Virus record (IMG/VR): IMGVR_UViG_3300025141_016046
Coordinates: 11,846 to 75,845 of that record
Reading direction: 5' to 3' (one strand)
Length of the DNA stretch: 64,000 bases
DNA from: a virus
This document shows positions 1-9,562 of this stretch, piece after piece (position 1 is the first letter of the stretch; every line of letters starts with the position of its first letter). The position numbers and the translations under genes were made by a program. A model generated the notes under the pieces. It worked only from the letters and a program-made list of their open reading frames with translations. It had not been told where the DNA came from and searched no databases.

Positions 1-156
1 CTGTCTATCTAATTCACCATTCATACAGATTTCACATAGCTCACAAAAAATAGGAACAACCTTAAAGGACTCAATAGGCTTTATAATAGTAAATCCAAGC
101 CTATGGTTAATTTGAATAGTGTCGTTTGAAATTTTAGTTGTACGTGATTTTGGCAT
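1..156 (-). CDS. N-terminal part of a small Cys-rich (CxxC) hypothetical protein, truncated by the window edge
   Basis: Hand translation from the ATG at 156, which overlaps the end of the upstream gene: MPKSRTTKISNDTIQINHRLGFTIIKPIESFKVVPIFCELCEICMNGELDRQ. The frame is open to position 1. Not in the ORF track. Confidence 0.65.
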   Translation of the reverse strand, partial: MPKSRTTKISNDTIQINHRLGFTIIKPIESFKVVPIFCELCEICMNGELDRQ

Positions 157-3100
157 CTTTTCCGCTAGATAATATATCTAAAGTATTGTCAACAGCATCT
201 TTAACTCCATCAACATGAGAAATTATCATAATATTTTTAAACCACTTTCTCATAGAATCCAAAAGCCTATTGCATGCTGCAACATTGTTCTCATCTAGTG
301 TACCAAATCCTTCATCAATAATAAATACATCAGGCTTGGGAAGTGATGACACATTAATCAGTGCAACTCTTATAGCCAGAGAAGATATCATCTTTTCCAT
401 TCCAGAGCCAAGTTCAATAACTCTTCTAGAGTCTCCATAATTTATAAATACATCCATTGAGTTGGTGTCTGAATCAGCTTCTAGCTCAACTGTAAATCCC
501 ATCACACCCTGAAGAATCTTTGATATTTCATTATTGATGTAGGGTAGTTGAGATTTCATAATAAGTCTTGGAATTCCTTTTTTTGACACACCTTGCATAA
601 TCAGATCGTAGACTTCAAGCTCAGAAGAAATTTTATCTGACTCTAGCTTCTCATCTCTTAGATTTGCAAGCCTCAGTTCAAACTTTCCAGCCTGCTCAAC
701 AAGCGATATTCTCTTAGCATCTACTTGTGTTATTTTTTCCAAGATTTCAGAAATTTTCTTCTTTAGTTTAATTGCAACGCTGCCCTCTTCATCATCTACT
801 ACGTGTATTTCCATATTTGCAAGATCATCACGAGATCTATCTAGCTTTCTTTTCAGCTCACTAATTTCACTTTCTATTTCATGAACTCTAATTTTTGTAG
901 ATGAAATGGAGACCCTAAGAGAAGATTCTTTACCAATTAGGCTGTCATATCTTTTAATCTTCCCTTCAAGATCTTGTGATTCAAGAGACTTAATTCTCCT
1001 TCTTGACTCTCTGGCCTGAGAACTTAAAAGAGATATTAGGTCTTTTTGATCGTCTATTTTAAGCTTATTTTTATGAGAATCCTTAATAAACTTACAGCTA
1101 GGAAATTCACTGCCACATGGAATTCCTTCTAGCTTTTTAACAGATTTTTCTTGATTTTTTAATATAGTCTTCTGTCTGTCAATCTCATGCTCTAGCTTTA
1201 AAAGATCTGTCTTAGTAGATCTTAGTGTCAAGAGATCTTCCTTAATTTTATCAAGTGGAAATTGAGACTTAACAGAATCAATCTTAGAAATCTTATCCTC
1301 TGAACTAGAAATTGATGCTAAAAGGTTATCTAGATCTTTCTTAATTTCAGTAATCGATGCTAGCGTTGAAGATATTAAATTTTTCTGATTTTTAATATCA
1401 GACATGGTGACAACTTCTCGATCAGGAGAAACAGCAAGTTGTATTTTTAATTCCTGATGCTGTGATCTTAGCTTATTTAAGAGTATTTCAAGATTTGATA
1501 TCTTACCCCTCTTGTCCTTTATTTGTTCTTCTTGAACTTTTATCTCAGTATCCCAGTCAATCTTTGGCAGATTCTTTGCCCTAAGTCTGATCTGAGAAGA
1601 CTCCTCCTTTGCCATGAAAAACATCTGATCGAATATTTCTAAATCAAGAAATTTATTTAAAATATTTTTTCTAGAAGTAGCCTTTTCCTTAATAAATGCA
1701 TTCATCTCTCCCTGAGATGATAGAGAAGTTAATAGGAAGTCATCAGAAGATCCAATCAAGCTTTGAATAATCTTTTCTGTGTCTCTTCTTTGCTCTCCAG
1801 ACATGTCTTCTATTACAAACCCATCTTCATTAATCTTTGATAGAGAGAGATTTGTAGTTGAATACACATGTCCCTTTCTTGCTTGGTGCTTAACAGTGCT
1901 TCTTTCAATTCTATATCTGATACTGTTTACATCAATATCAACCTGTGCGTGACAGTGCTTCTTTCTAGTGTTGATAATGTGAATATTTTTAATACTCCCT
2001 CTATCAGTAGTATTATACAGGCAATACATTAGAGATCCAATTATAGAAGATTTTCCTTGTCTATTTTTTCCAAATATTCCTGTAATTCCACCTAGCTTAT
2101 CAAAGTTTAGTAAATTACCCTTACCGTATCCAAAAGTATTATCAAATCCTAGACGTCTAATAGACCATCTAATATTTCTAGATACAGACTCTTTTTTTGA
2201 GATTTGACTTATGTAATTGGAAATCTTTTCTTCAATTTTTTCCCACGTATCATTAGAGATATCTGTATTCTCATAGTAATTTCTCATAAGCCGCTGATGG
2301 ACAGAAAAATCTCTAAGATTTTTCTTTGAAAAAGACTCACCATCTGTTTCAATTATTCCTGGATCAACTGCGTGATCCATTTTAAATACAATCTCTGTTG
2401 CACTTTTTTGATCCTTTAGGCGTTTATACAGTGTTGTAATGTCAGACTGATGTATTTTTCTATCAGATCTGATTCTAAACCTAGATCTATCAAACAGGCT
2501 TCCAGTTAGTGCAAGAGTAGAATCTACACTTCCTAGCCAGTCTATTGTAACAAAGGGCTGCTTGTGCTGAATTTCATAGAACTTGACGTCAAAATCGTCT
2601 TTAGATCTAATATCCCAAAATAAGAATCCTTTTCCTGGATCTTCGCCATAGTTTTGTTGAATTGATGAGCCACAGTATGCTATTGTCTTTTCTTCATTTA
2701 AAAACTGAGATTTATGAATATCGCCTAAAAGTGCAAAGTCATAGTCAGAAAAGAATTCAAGATCAACTTCACCCTCTATCTCCCAGTCAATGTCTGTCTT
2801 AGAGCCCCAGACACCTCCATGATAAAGTGCAATATTTACCTCATCTTTAACAGGTGTAACATCCTTCCACCCCTCTTCGTCAAAGCATGAAAAGACGCAC
2901 CAGTTAAACCCTGTTACACCCGTAGGGTAAACGCCTGATTCCTTATAGAGATGAACTCTGTGATTATCCAGAGCTGACAGGATTGGACTAATAGCATCCT
3001 GGCGATCTCTATTGTTAAGAAGGCCATCGTGGTTTCCTAAAATAACATGAACTTCACATATTTTAGACAGCTCAGTAAACCACCAGCAAAGACAATCAAT

Positions 3101-3271
3101 CAACTCAGGAGAAATCCCCTGGGTCTTAGAATGAACTATATCCCCACCTATATAGATAACATCTGGGTCGAGTTCCCTAACTTGCTTTATAAAAGCTGAG
3201 AACGACTCTATGTATTCTTCATGACGAGAAAGTCCACGCCAGTGGACATCTGCTATGTGGACTATCCTCAT
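134..3271 (-). CDS. Fused Mre11/SbcD nuclease - Rad50/SbcC ABC-ATPase (T4 gp47/gp46-like in one chain)
   Basis: N-terminal metallophosphoesterase motifs ADVH, GGD, GNHD, LGDIH. Then Walker A GKNRQGKSS, Q-loop SQGE, a long coiled coil with a central Cys pair, signature GSGMEK, Walker B IIDEGFGTLD and H-loop IISH. Confidence 0.93.
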   Translation of the reverse strand: MRIVHIADVHWRGLSRHEEYIESFSAFIKQVRELDPDVIYIGGDIVHSKTQGISPELIDCLCWWFTELSKICEVHVILGNHDGLLNNRDRQDAISPILSALDNHRVHLYKESGVYPTGVTGFNWCVFSCFDEEGWKDVTPVKDEVNIALYHGGVWGSKTDIDWEIEGEVDLEFFSDYDFALLGDIHKSQFLNEEKTIAYCGSSIQQNYGEDPGKGFLFWDIRSKDDFDVKFYEIQHKQPFVTIDWLGSVDSTLALTGSLFDRSRFRIRSDRKIHQSDITTLYKRLKDQKSATEIVFKMDHAVDPGIIETDGESFSKKNLRDFSVHQRLMRNYYENTDISNDTWEKIEEKISNYISQISKKESVSRNIRWSIRRLGFDNTFGYGKGNLLNFDKLGGITGIFGKNRQGKSSIIGSLMYCLYNTTDRGSIKNIHIINTRKKHCHAQVDIDVNSIRYRIERSTVKHQARKGHVYSTTNLSLSKINEDGFVIEDMSGEQRRDTEKIIQSLIGSSDDFLLTSLSSQGEMNAFIKEKATSRKNILNKFLDLEIFDQMFFMAKEESSQIRLRAKNLPKIDWDTEIKVQEEQIKDKRGKISNLEILLNKLRSQHQELKIQLAVSPDREVVTMSDIKNQKNLISSTLASITEIKKDLDNLLASISSSEDKISKIDSVKSQFPLDKIKEDLLTLRSTKTDLLKLEHEIDRQKTILKNQEKSVKKLEGIPCGSEFPSCKFIKDSHKNKLKIDDQKDLISLLSSQARESRRRIKSLESQDLEGKIKRYDSLIGKESSLRVSISSTKIRVHEIESEISELKRKLDRSRDDLANMEIHVVDDEEGSVAIKLKKKISEILEKITQVDAKRISLVEQAGKFELRLANLRDEKLESDKISSELEVYDLIMQGVSKKGIPRLIMKSQLPYINNEISKILQGVMGFTVELEADSDTNSMDVFINYGDSRRVIELGSGMEKMISSLAIRVALINVSSLPKPDVFIIDEGFGTLDENNVAACNRLLDSMRKWFKNIMIISHVDGVKDAVDNTLDILSSGKDAKITYN

Positions 3272-3278
3272 ATAATTT

Positions 3279-3308
3279 ATATTATTCTATTGGGCTCTCA
3301 TTGTACAA
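3279..3308 (-). promoter_or_regulatory. Putative sigma70-like promoter giving a leaderless Mre11-Rad50 mRNA
   Basis: Minus strand TTGTAC-N18-TAATAT-N7-ATG, with no Shine-Dalgarno before the ATG. Confidence 0.5.
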
Positions 3309-3312
3309 GGTA

Positions 3313-3747
3313 CTAGCCTTTCATTCTATTAAGCTTGTACTCAAGATAGTGCTTAATTTTTCCAATATCATTATCCATTACAGATATTTTTGATTGAACC
3401 CATTCAGGAAGATCATCGTCGTCATGGAGCATATCGTGAAGGCTTTGAGCATATCTTGCAACCTTGAATAGCTGGCTCCTTGTCATTCGTGCCTCTCTAT
3501 CTCCTGAAGGGCTGTCACCATAGCTTAGGTTTCTTCCGTCTTCATCATGATCAGAATGCCTTGCACCACATGGTCCGACAGGATGACCCAGTTTACATTT
3601 TTTACAAGTAGGGTTTGGTGACTGTCCCGGGATGTCTCTTTCTGGCTGAAGGCCTAAGACATCAGGCCTTGAAAAAACAGCATCCTCTTCAAGATCTGCC
3701 ATTACTTCTCTAATAATATTTCTTAGCTGAGACTTGCTTATCTTCAT
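3313..3747 (-). CDS. Small phage protein, possibly an internal head protein
   Basis: Good SD (GAGAGGA). N-terminus MKISKSQLRNIIRE, central CKKCxxxHxxxxC, and a C-terminal helical domain (MTRSQL...LPEWVQSKI) of a type I recognise from large myophages. Confidence 0.6.
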   Translation of the reverse strand: MKISKSQLRNIIREVMADLEEDAVFSRPDVLGLQPERDIPGQSPNPTCKKCKLGHPVGPCGARHSDHDEDGRNLSYGDSPSGDREARMTRSQLFKVARYAQSLHDMLHDDDDLPEWVQSKISVMDNDIGKIKHYLEYKLNRMKG

Positions 3748-3770
3748 CTTATTCCTCTCGCATACAAAGA

Positions 3771-3778
3771 TAAATATT
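3771..3778 (-). promoter_or_regulatory. Candidate late-promoter motif AATATTTA
   Basis: Intergenic, 23 nt upstream of the ATG at 3747. The same motif occurs at 10287 and 34171. Confidence 0.45.
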
Positions 3779-3783
3779 ATGAA

Positions 3784-4746
3784 CTAGAGAAGAGATCCAC
3801 TTCTAATGGCGCCAATTCTCATCTTAAGCCTCTGATTTGGATTCCAGGGTGCGGATTCTTTCTTAATATTTTTAAACTCTTCTTTTGACATGGAGCCAAC
3901 ATCTGAAAAATCACCCAAGCACGCCATTCTAACATCACACCCATAGGAAGTTAGAAGCTTAGCTATTTCCTGTTCTTTTATTTTCATATCTGAATCCATT
4001 GCTAGAATGACTGGTGTTTGATTGGATACAATTCTAGAAAATAAAAGGTAGTCATCTCTTAAGCTTGACCCTAACATGCACGTAGAGTTTTCTCCTGCTT
4101 TAAACATGTCAAATGGACCTTCAACAATGACAAGCTCTTTTTTCCAGTCGATATCAATCTCATTAAAGACAATATTCTTTTTATTGTTGTTGGAGTTGAT
4201 ATACTTTCTTCTAACCCCTCTATCAACAGCCCTGGTTACAAAATAATTTAACTCACCAAATAAATCAAAAGAAGGAACTATTACCCTCCTTTTAAACCTT
4301 CCGCTTCTTGAAGTTCCAAGCCTATATCTCCAAAGATCTCTCTCACATAACCCACGAGATCTAAGATACGATATGCATGATCTTATGTCCGGATCTATTG
4401 ATTTTTGAAAATCTGCTAAAAGAATAAAATCTTCAGGAAGTCTAATTGCATCCTTGTCTTCAATAATTGAAATCTTATCTATTGTAGAACTAGATCCAGA
4501 ATACTTTAAAAAAACCTCTATATCATCTCTTGTTCCGTGCTTCTTTAGAACAGAAAGTATTGTCTTCCCTTTTAGCCCACATGACCAGCAATGGCATTGC
4601 CATGTATCTAAATTAACATAAAACTTCTTTTTATTTCCCTTGCCGCACTGTGGGCAGGAAAATATAGCGTTTTGCTGCTTTCTATCAAGTTCACATGAGC
4701 CAAAGACTCGTCTTAGAAATGATATCTTTTGTGTAAATGTAACCAC
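3784..4746 (-). CDS. dnaG: DNA primase (Zn-finger + TOPRIM)
   Basis: Zn-binding CPQC...CHCWSC, catalytic core RVIVPSFD...YFVTR, TOPRIM VEGPFD and MDSD. Start moved from the track's TTG at 4764 to the GTG at 4746, because a -10 box lies within the first six track codons. Confidence 0.88.
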   Translation of the reverse strand: MVTFTQKISFLRRVFGSCELDRKQQNAIFSCPQCGKGNKKKFYVNLDTWQCHCWSCGLKGKTILSVLKKHGTRDDIEVFLKYSGSSSTIDKISIIEDKDAIRLPEDFILLADFQKSIDPDIRSCISYLRSRGLCERDLWRYRLGTSRSGRFKRRVIVPSFDLFGELNYFVTRAVDRGVRRKYINSNNNKKNIVFNEIDIDWKKELVIVEGPFDMFKAGENSTCMLGSSLRDDYLLFSRIVSNQTPVILAMDSDMKIKEQEIAKLLTSYGCDVRMACLGDFSDVGSMSKEEFKNIKKESAPWNPNQRLKMRIGAIRSGSLL

Positions 4747-4752
4747 AATAAT

Positions 4753-4781
4753 ATCATAACACAACTTGATATTATTTTCAA
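4753..4781 (-). promoter_or_regulatory. Sigma70-like promoter with extended -10, giving a leaderless primase mRNA
   Basis: Minus strand TTGAAA-N17-TATGAT, with TGn immediately before the -10 box, then 6 nt to GTG. Confidence 0.62.
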
Positions 4782-5320
4782 ATAATTAATCCTGCTCTTG
4801 AAATCACGTATGCGTCTGCCATGTCATAGCTTATAGGATCTAAAACGCACTGATTTTTTCGAGGTCCGCTTTTTAAAATTTTTGTAGGCCATTTGAAGTC
4901 ATCTAGCTCACCTGATGCCCATTCTATGATTTGATCTTTTGTAGGCTTTCCGCCGTCCTTTTTTCTTTTTATCTTTATTCCGAGAGCCTTTCTTGCCGTG
5001 TTTACGTTTATGAACATTGGAGAAAAGTAAAACTCTTCTTGTGCAAGGTAGCTAACAATTCCATTAAATCTTGCAAGTGTTAAAAGTGTCTTTGCAGAAG
5101 AAAGGCCAGGCCTAAACGCCTGTAAATTTTCTTCAATACACACCTTTTCAATTCCATATTCAATATTCAATCTGGATAATTCACGTCTAACTTTTTGAGC
5201 TTTCTTAAATATTGTCTTATCTTTTGATAGGACAACAGATCCCATGTCAATTAAATTACCACTTGGCCCAATAATACACCAACCTGTGCAACTAGTAGAT
5301 ATATCAAGTCCTAAAATCAT
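4778..5320 (-). CDS. ruvC: RuvC-like Holliday junction resolvase
   Basis: ILGLDISTSCTGW, central IEE and C-terminal DMADA give the RNase H-fold acidic residues. Confidence 0.82.
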   Translation of the reverse strand: MILGLDISTSCTGWCIIGPSGNLIDMGSVVLSKDKTIFKKAQKVRRELSRLNIEYGIEKVCIEENLQAFRPGLSSAKTLLTLARFNGIVSYLAQEEFYFSPMFINVNTARKALGIKIKRKKDGGKPTKDQIIEWASGELDDFKWPTKILKSGPRKNQCVLDPISYDMADAYVISRAGLII

Positions 5321-8232
5321 TAGAAGTCCATCTTAACTCTAAAGAGAAAGTCATCATCATCTCTCTTAACTACAGGTTGTGCAAGATTTGCCTTCATAAT
5401 TACATTCATATTATCATCATGAAAGTATATTCCAGTTATATAGACAAACTCTGAATTAACATCATTTGCATCAAGTGATGCAGAAAGAACCTTAAACCCG
5501 GGATTAGATGAGCTATTAATTAATCCAGGCTGACAGGGTACATTTACTGACATTACATGGATGTTTTGCTCACCGCTAAAAGAAGCTTCAAATTGATTTT
5601 TTCCAAAAAGATTTAAGTGTGGAGATTTAATTAAGACTATTCCCTCGTCGTAGAATATATTTCCTACGTTGTTGTATGTGGCCTGTTCTGTTAGGCAGTC
5701 CGCTCTATATAGAGATCCATGACCGTCATCTTTTAGAGTGATACTTACCTTTCCTCTTGATCCAGAAATATTTTTATCAGTCAGTGTAAATGTTCCAGGC
5801 TGAATTCTATTTCCATAAAATAGGTTTGGAATATTGAATATAACAATCTCATTGCTTGATGGGTCTCTTGTTGCTTGATAAACTAAAAAGTGATTGTCAG
5901 CAGTTCCTTCAAGAACCTTTCCATCAGGCCTGTCAGGAGACGCCAAGAATAAACCTCCATCAGAGCTAGTATAGTAAGCTAAAGCATGCGAAATTCTGAA
6001 AGGGTCGTGAACATCAGTAAGGGGTATGTTAGCGGGTCTAGCTGTAAACATATCGCTTAGATTTATTAGACTGGGATCAAAGTTACCATAGTCATCTCTA
6101 TACAGATATCCTTCAGATGATGATGTTATTAGGTCTGAGGTGTCTGATCCTGTATATAGCAGTCCATAGCTTGGCTGAAACTTTCCATTATCGTTTGGAA
6201 GAACTGATAGCGATCTCTTTCTTAGTGAAGCTGTTTGAAATAGCCAGTCAGACACCTTTCTTTCAGATGGTTCATCCCCATCATAATCTCCCTTGACATC
6301 AAATTGAGATGAAGCAGTAAGGAATAAAAGGCGAGGATAGACATCGTTGACAATATCTTTTGTAAAATTCTCAAGATTGATCAGTGTAGCATCAACAGTC
6401 ATTGAAAGACCAGCGTTGAACGGCATTGACATATACGGCTGTACAAACTTATCAGTAGGATAGCTAACACCGTCTAATGCGCCGCCAGTATCAACAAAAT
6501 CTTGCCTGCGTGATGATGAAAGAGCATTTGATAAAAATCTTCTATCATGCTTCTCATAAGTGAAGAATGGAGGAACATAGAAAAGAAGATCAGATAGATC
6601 ATCTGGCCCTCTAATCGAGCTAGAGTATATCTGTGTATCTGTTCTATACGTTGAAAATATCTTAAGGTCGTGGACTTCTGCATTTAGTGGGTGGTTAAAG
6701 AAGAACCCCTTTGGATCTCCTAGCTCAATTGCTGGATCAGTACTGTTTCTGCCGTCCCAGGTTGACACCCTAGGTCTAAGTGTAAATCCTTCATTTTTTC
6801 TTGCTGTGAGATTAAAGAATCTCTCTATTGTTGTTGCATTAGATCCTGTGGAGTTTGAACCCTCATAGAAGTTACCAATAAATAATGCATTTGGATCTGC
6901 TCTTCCTGCTGGAAATCTATCCCCTATTGCACGCCCAGTGCCGTCTTCTGCTTTAGTGTTTTGATTAACAATTGGCCTGATGCTTGAAGAAGAGTCAATT
7001 GTAAATTCTGATACTGGATCTCCGTCTATGACAAAGCTACCTGTTCCACTATTGACCTTCGGGCTCCACCGAATTGCAACATGGTGCCAGTGATCCTTCT
7101 TGAGTGAGTTATCTGGTGAAACCCACGCGTACTTAAACGGTTCAGATTTATAATTTGCTGAATTGTTTAGATATATCGGTCTATCACTATCCTTGACAAT
7201 CTTAAATCTTGAAGGAGGATATTCTGCACTTTGTGAGAGCTGAAGAAGAACCCTGTATCCGCTTGCAGATCCATCTGGTGCCTTTAGTGACCCTGTAACA
7301 AGACTGACAGCGTACGCGCCACTCATGTGATAGATTGTTCCAGCTTTAAACTCTCCCTTCTTAACACCTGACGATGTTTCATTTGTATATCTTGGATTAA
7401 TATAAAAGTCAAACGTAAATGCAGTCTCAGGAGCATATCTTCCATCAAATCTTTTTCTTCTTACCAGCTCTTGGGCATCACCAGACCACACCTTATTTAG
7501 AGACCCAGTAGGACAAGGGTATATTAGGACTGAGCTTGATAGTGCATGGGTAGGATAGAGATTTTGATCACCGTTTGAAGATGTAAAGAAGTTAAGAGTG
7601 TGGTAGTTTGTATATGCGTAGTTGGGATGGCTGATTTTTGCTCGATTTCCTTTCAGCAGTATATTTCTTATCTGGTTCTTAACAATTCTCCTATTTGCAG
7701 CAAAGCTTCCTGATATGCGATTCCTATCCATGGGTTTAGTATTAAATTGCTCGTCGTCCTGAAACAGGAACGGCGGCCTAAATCTCTCAATATTAAATAC
7801 TTTTGAATTTTTAGCCGATGGTGACATCGACCTTACTGCTTTCATGTATCCTATATGATCAGGTGGATCTCCATGAGAATTTAAATTCTCAATTCCAGTG
7901 TGCGGCCAGTCTGTCGCATACCCTAGGTAGCTCTGAATATCAGTAGTTGTTCCTGATAGCTGCTGGGCTGAATAGAGGTTTATAAGTAGAGCAGACTTTT
8001 CTTCATCATACGCAACACTGGTAGGGTCAAGCTCTCTAACGCTCTTTGACACCCTATTTGTCCTTGCAGACAGGCTAACCTGGCCCATAGTCCCAGTAGG
8101 GCTTGTAATTCCAGAGGCCATAACGGGCTCTTCGTTTACACTATCTACAGAGGATGAGACAAACACCCTTTTTGGGTGAGTTGTCACAGTGACCTTTTCA
8201 ATCAGGTCCCTTGTAATTTTGATAATTGCCAT
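5320..8232 (-). CDS. Virion structural protein with a LamG/concanavalin domain and a tail-collar-like C-terminus
   Basis: LamG motifs FTFDFYINP, WHHVAIRW, LFIG, EVHDLKIF. C-terminus YITGIYFHDDNMNVIMKANLAQPVVK...FRVKMDF is paralogous to the end of 8253-9545. SD GGAGG. Confidence 0.68.
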   Translation of the reverse strand: MAIIKITRDLIEKVTVTTHPKRVFVSSSVDSVNEEPVMASGITSPTGTMGQVSLSARTNRVSKSVRELDPTSVAYDEEKSALLINLYSAQQLSGTTTDIQSYLGYATDWPHTGIENLNSHGDPPDHIGYMKAVRSMSPSAKNSKVFNIERFRPPFLFQDDEQFNTKPMDRNRISGSFAANRRIVKNQIRNILLKGNRAKISHPNYAYTNYHTLNFFTSSNGDQNLYPTHALSSSVLIYPCPTGSLNKVWSGDAQELVRRKRFDGRYAPETAFTFDFYINPRYTNETSSGVKKGEFKAGTIYHMSGAYAVSLVTGSLKAPDGSASGYRVLLQLSQSAEYPPSRFKIVKDSDRPIYLNNSANYKSEPFKYAWVSPDNSLKKDHWHHVAIRWSPKVNSGTGSFVIDGDPVSEFTIDSSSSIRPIVNQNTKAEDGTGRAIGDRFPAGRADPNALFIGNFYEGSNSTGSNATTIERFFNLTARKNEGFTLRPRVSTWDGRNSTDPAIELGDPKGFFFNHPLNAEVHDLKIFSTYRTDTQIYSSSIRGPDDLSDLLFYVPPFFTYEKHDRRFLSNALSSSRRQDFVDTGGALDGVSYPTDKFVQPYMSMPFNAGLSMTVDATLINLENFTKDIVNDVYPRLLFLTASSQFDVKGDYDGDEPSERKVSDWLFQTASLRKRSLSVLPNDNGKFQPSYGLLYTGSDTSDLITSSSEGYLYRDDYGNFDPSLINLSDMFTARPANIPLTDVHDPFRISHALAYYTSSDGGLFLASPDRPDGKVLEGTADNHFLVYQATRDPSSNEIVIFNIPNLFYGNRIQPGTFTLTDKNISGSRGKVSITLKDDGHGSLYRADCLTEQATYNNVGNIFYDEGIVLIKSPHLNLFGKNQFEASFSGEQNIHVMSVNVPCQPGLINSSSNPGFKVLSASLDANDVNSEFVYITGIYFHDDNMNVIMKANLAQPVVKRDDDDFLFRVKMDF

Positions 8233-8252
8233 GGGCTAAACCTCCAGTAGGA

Positions 8253-9545
8253 CTAGAAGTCAAGCCTAATCCTGAAAGTCAGGTCCTTCTCGTCATTCTT
8301 CTCAACAGGTCTGCTTAGCTTGGCAACTGCAAGAAGATTATTTCTTCCGTCATATAAGCCAATAGTGCTAACGAATGAGAATGTTCTCTGTGTAGTTTCC
8401 TCTCCTTCGTCAATCACGTTTATTCTTCCAGTGCTGTCAGTAAACGTTGGGTTAGAAGAGTAGTTAAACTCATCAGATCCAGCTCGGCAGAAGATCAATG
8501 TTGAATTAATATTTGTCACATTTTGAAATGTTATTGCAGTAAGTGATCCTGACTGGAATCTAACAGATGCAAAGTGATCTAGAATGTTATCCATTGAAGC
8601 TGATACGACAAAGTCTGGAATAAATTTGGCATTATTATTTCCGTACTCAGCGGCATCTGCTGCACCTATTGGAGCTGCTGGTCCAAATCCAAGAATTGTC
8701 TGTCCTGAAGCTGCATCGTCAAAAGCTGCAGGAGACATGGCATCAATAACGCCAGAGGCAGCCTGAGAAGCTGATATTGCCTGTCCGAGATCTAGAAGAC
8801 CTATTCCCATATCGTAGAATAGAAGGCCAACATTTCTATTTGTGTTAGATGAGTCAACTATGTTTCCAACCTCGCCGCCTACTGACGTCTCCTTGGCTGT
8901 GGCTGACCCGATATCAGTGTAGATGGCTGATCCTGACACAGTTGGAAGGTTAATGTTTGGACCCATGTTTCCTGACATCTGTGACTGTCCTGAAGCGCTT
9001 GGGTCTCCTGGTGCTCTAGATGCAGATTGATAAAACTTCATAGCGAAAGTTTCACGCTTAATCCTGTCTCTAGAGAAAAGCCTCTTGAATGTAAAGAAGA
9101 GTGCGTGATCAATTCCGTTTGCAGTTGGAGGCTGGGTTGTATCAAAAGGAGTTGTGAATTGATACGATGCATCACCTAAAAGAAGCTGAGCAAACTGTCT
9201 ATATACGTTTATCTTTTCTCTCATCATTAGAGAGTTAGAGGGAAATAGTAGCTTTCCTGCACTATCCTGTCCAGATGAGGCTGCAGCTACATCAGAACTT
9301 CCTGAGTATGCACCGTATGTAATATCAAATACTGGGTTTGCTGTCTGAAGTGTATAGTCTTGATCGTACACAGTTTGAAAAAGAGATGATGTTACACCTG
9401 GACCGACACCTCCGGTAACGAAAACCTGATACTTCTTTCTAGTTGTTGATCCGGAGATATCCTCCTGAATAATGTCGACCAGCTGATTTAAAACAGACTT
9501 GCTAGTCTTAATATCAGCTGCGGAAATTTCTTTAAATGTAGCCAT
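8253..9545 (-). CDS. Virion baseplate/tail-collar-like structural protein
   Basis: C-terminus FVSTIGLYDGRNNLLAVAKLSRPVEK...FRIRLDF resembles the xGLYD..G.L.A segment of phage tail-collar (DUF3751-like) domains. Confidence 0.62.
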   Translation of the reverse strand: MATFKEISAADIKTSKSVLNQLVDIIQEDISGSTTRKKYQVFVTGGVGPGVTSSLFQTVYDQDYTLQTANPVFDITYGAYSGSSDVAAASSGQDSAGKLLFPSNSLMMREKINVYRQFAQLLLGDASYQFTTPFDTTQPPTANGIDHALFFTFKRLFSRDRIKRETFAMKFYQSASRAPGDPSASGQSQMSGNMGPNINLPTVSGSAIYTDIGSATAKETSVGGEVGNIVDSSNTNRNVGLLFYDMGIGLLDLGQAISASQAASGVIDAMSPAAFDDAASGQTILGFGPAAPIGAADAAEYGNNNAKFIPDFVVSASMDNILDHFASVRFQSGSLTAITFQNVTNINSTLIFCRAGSDEFNYSSNPTFTDSTGRINVIDEGEETTQRTFSFVSTIGLYDGRNNLLAVAKLSRPVEKNDEKDLTFRIRLDF

Positions 9546-9562
9546 TCTTTATCTCTTGCAAA

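Noticed and set aside
3748-3795. Second SD-sequestering hairpin around the ATATTTA motif upstream of 3747
   Set aside because: Only a 4-bp plus 6-bp interrupted stem with a G-U pair and a 13-nt loop can be drawn, which is too weak to claim without folding calculations.
4747-4764. Track start codons for primase (4764) and for ORFs starting at 37273, 52230, 54561 and 56115
   Set aside because: Downstream starts (4746, 37237, 52218, 54537, 56100) fit better with promoter position, SD sites or ATGA coupling.
134-5320. Eukaryotic giant virus (NCLDV), suggested by the Mre11-Rad50 fusion and the many glycan genes
   Set aside because: Shine-Dalgarno sites, overlapping operonic genes, GTG/TTG starts, a sigma factor and contractile baseplate genes point to a prokaryotic virus.
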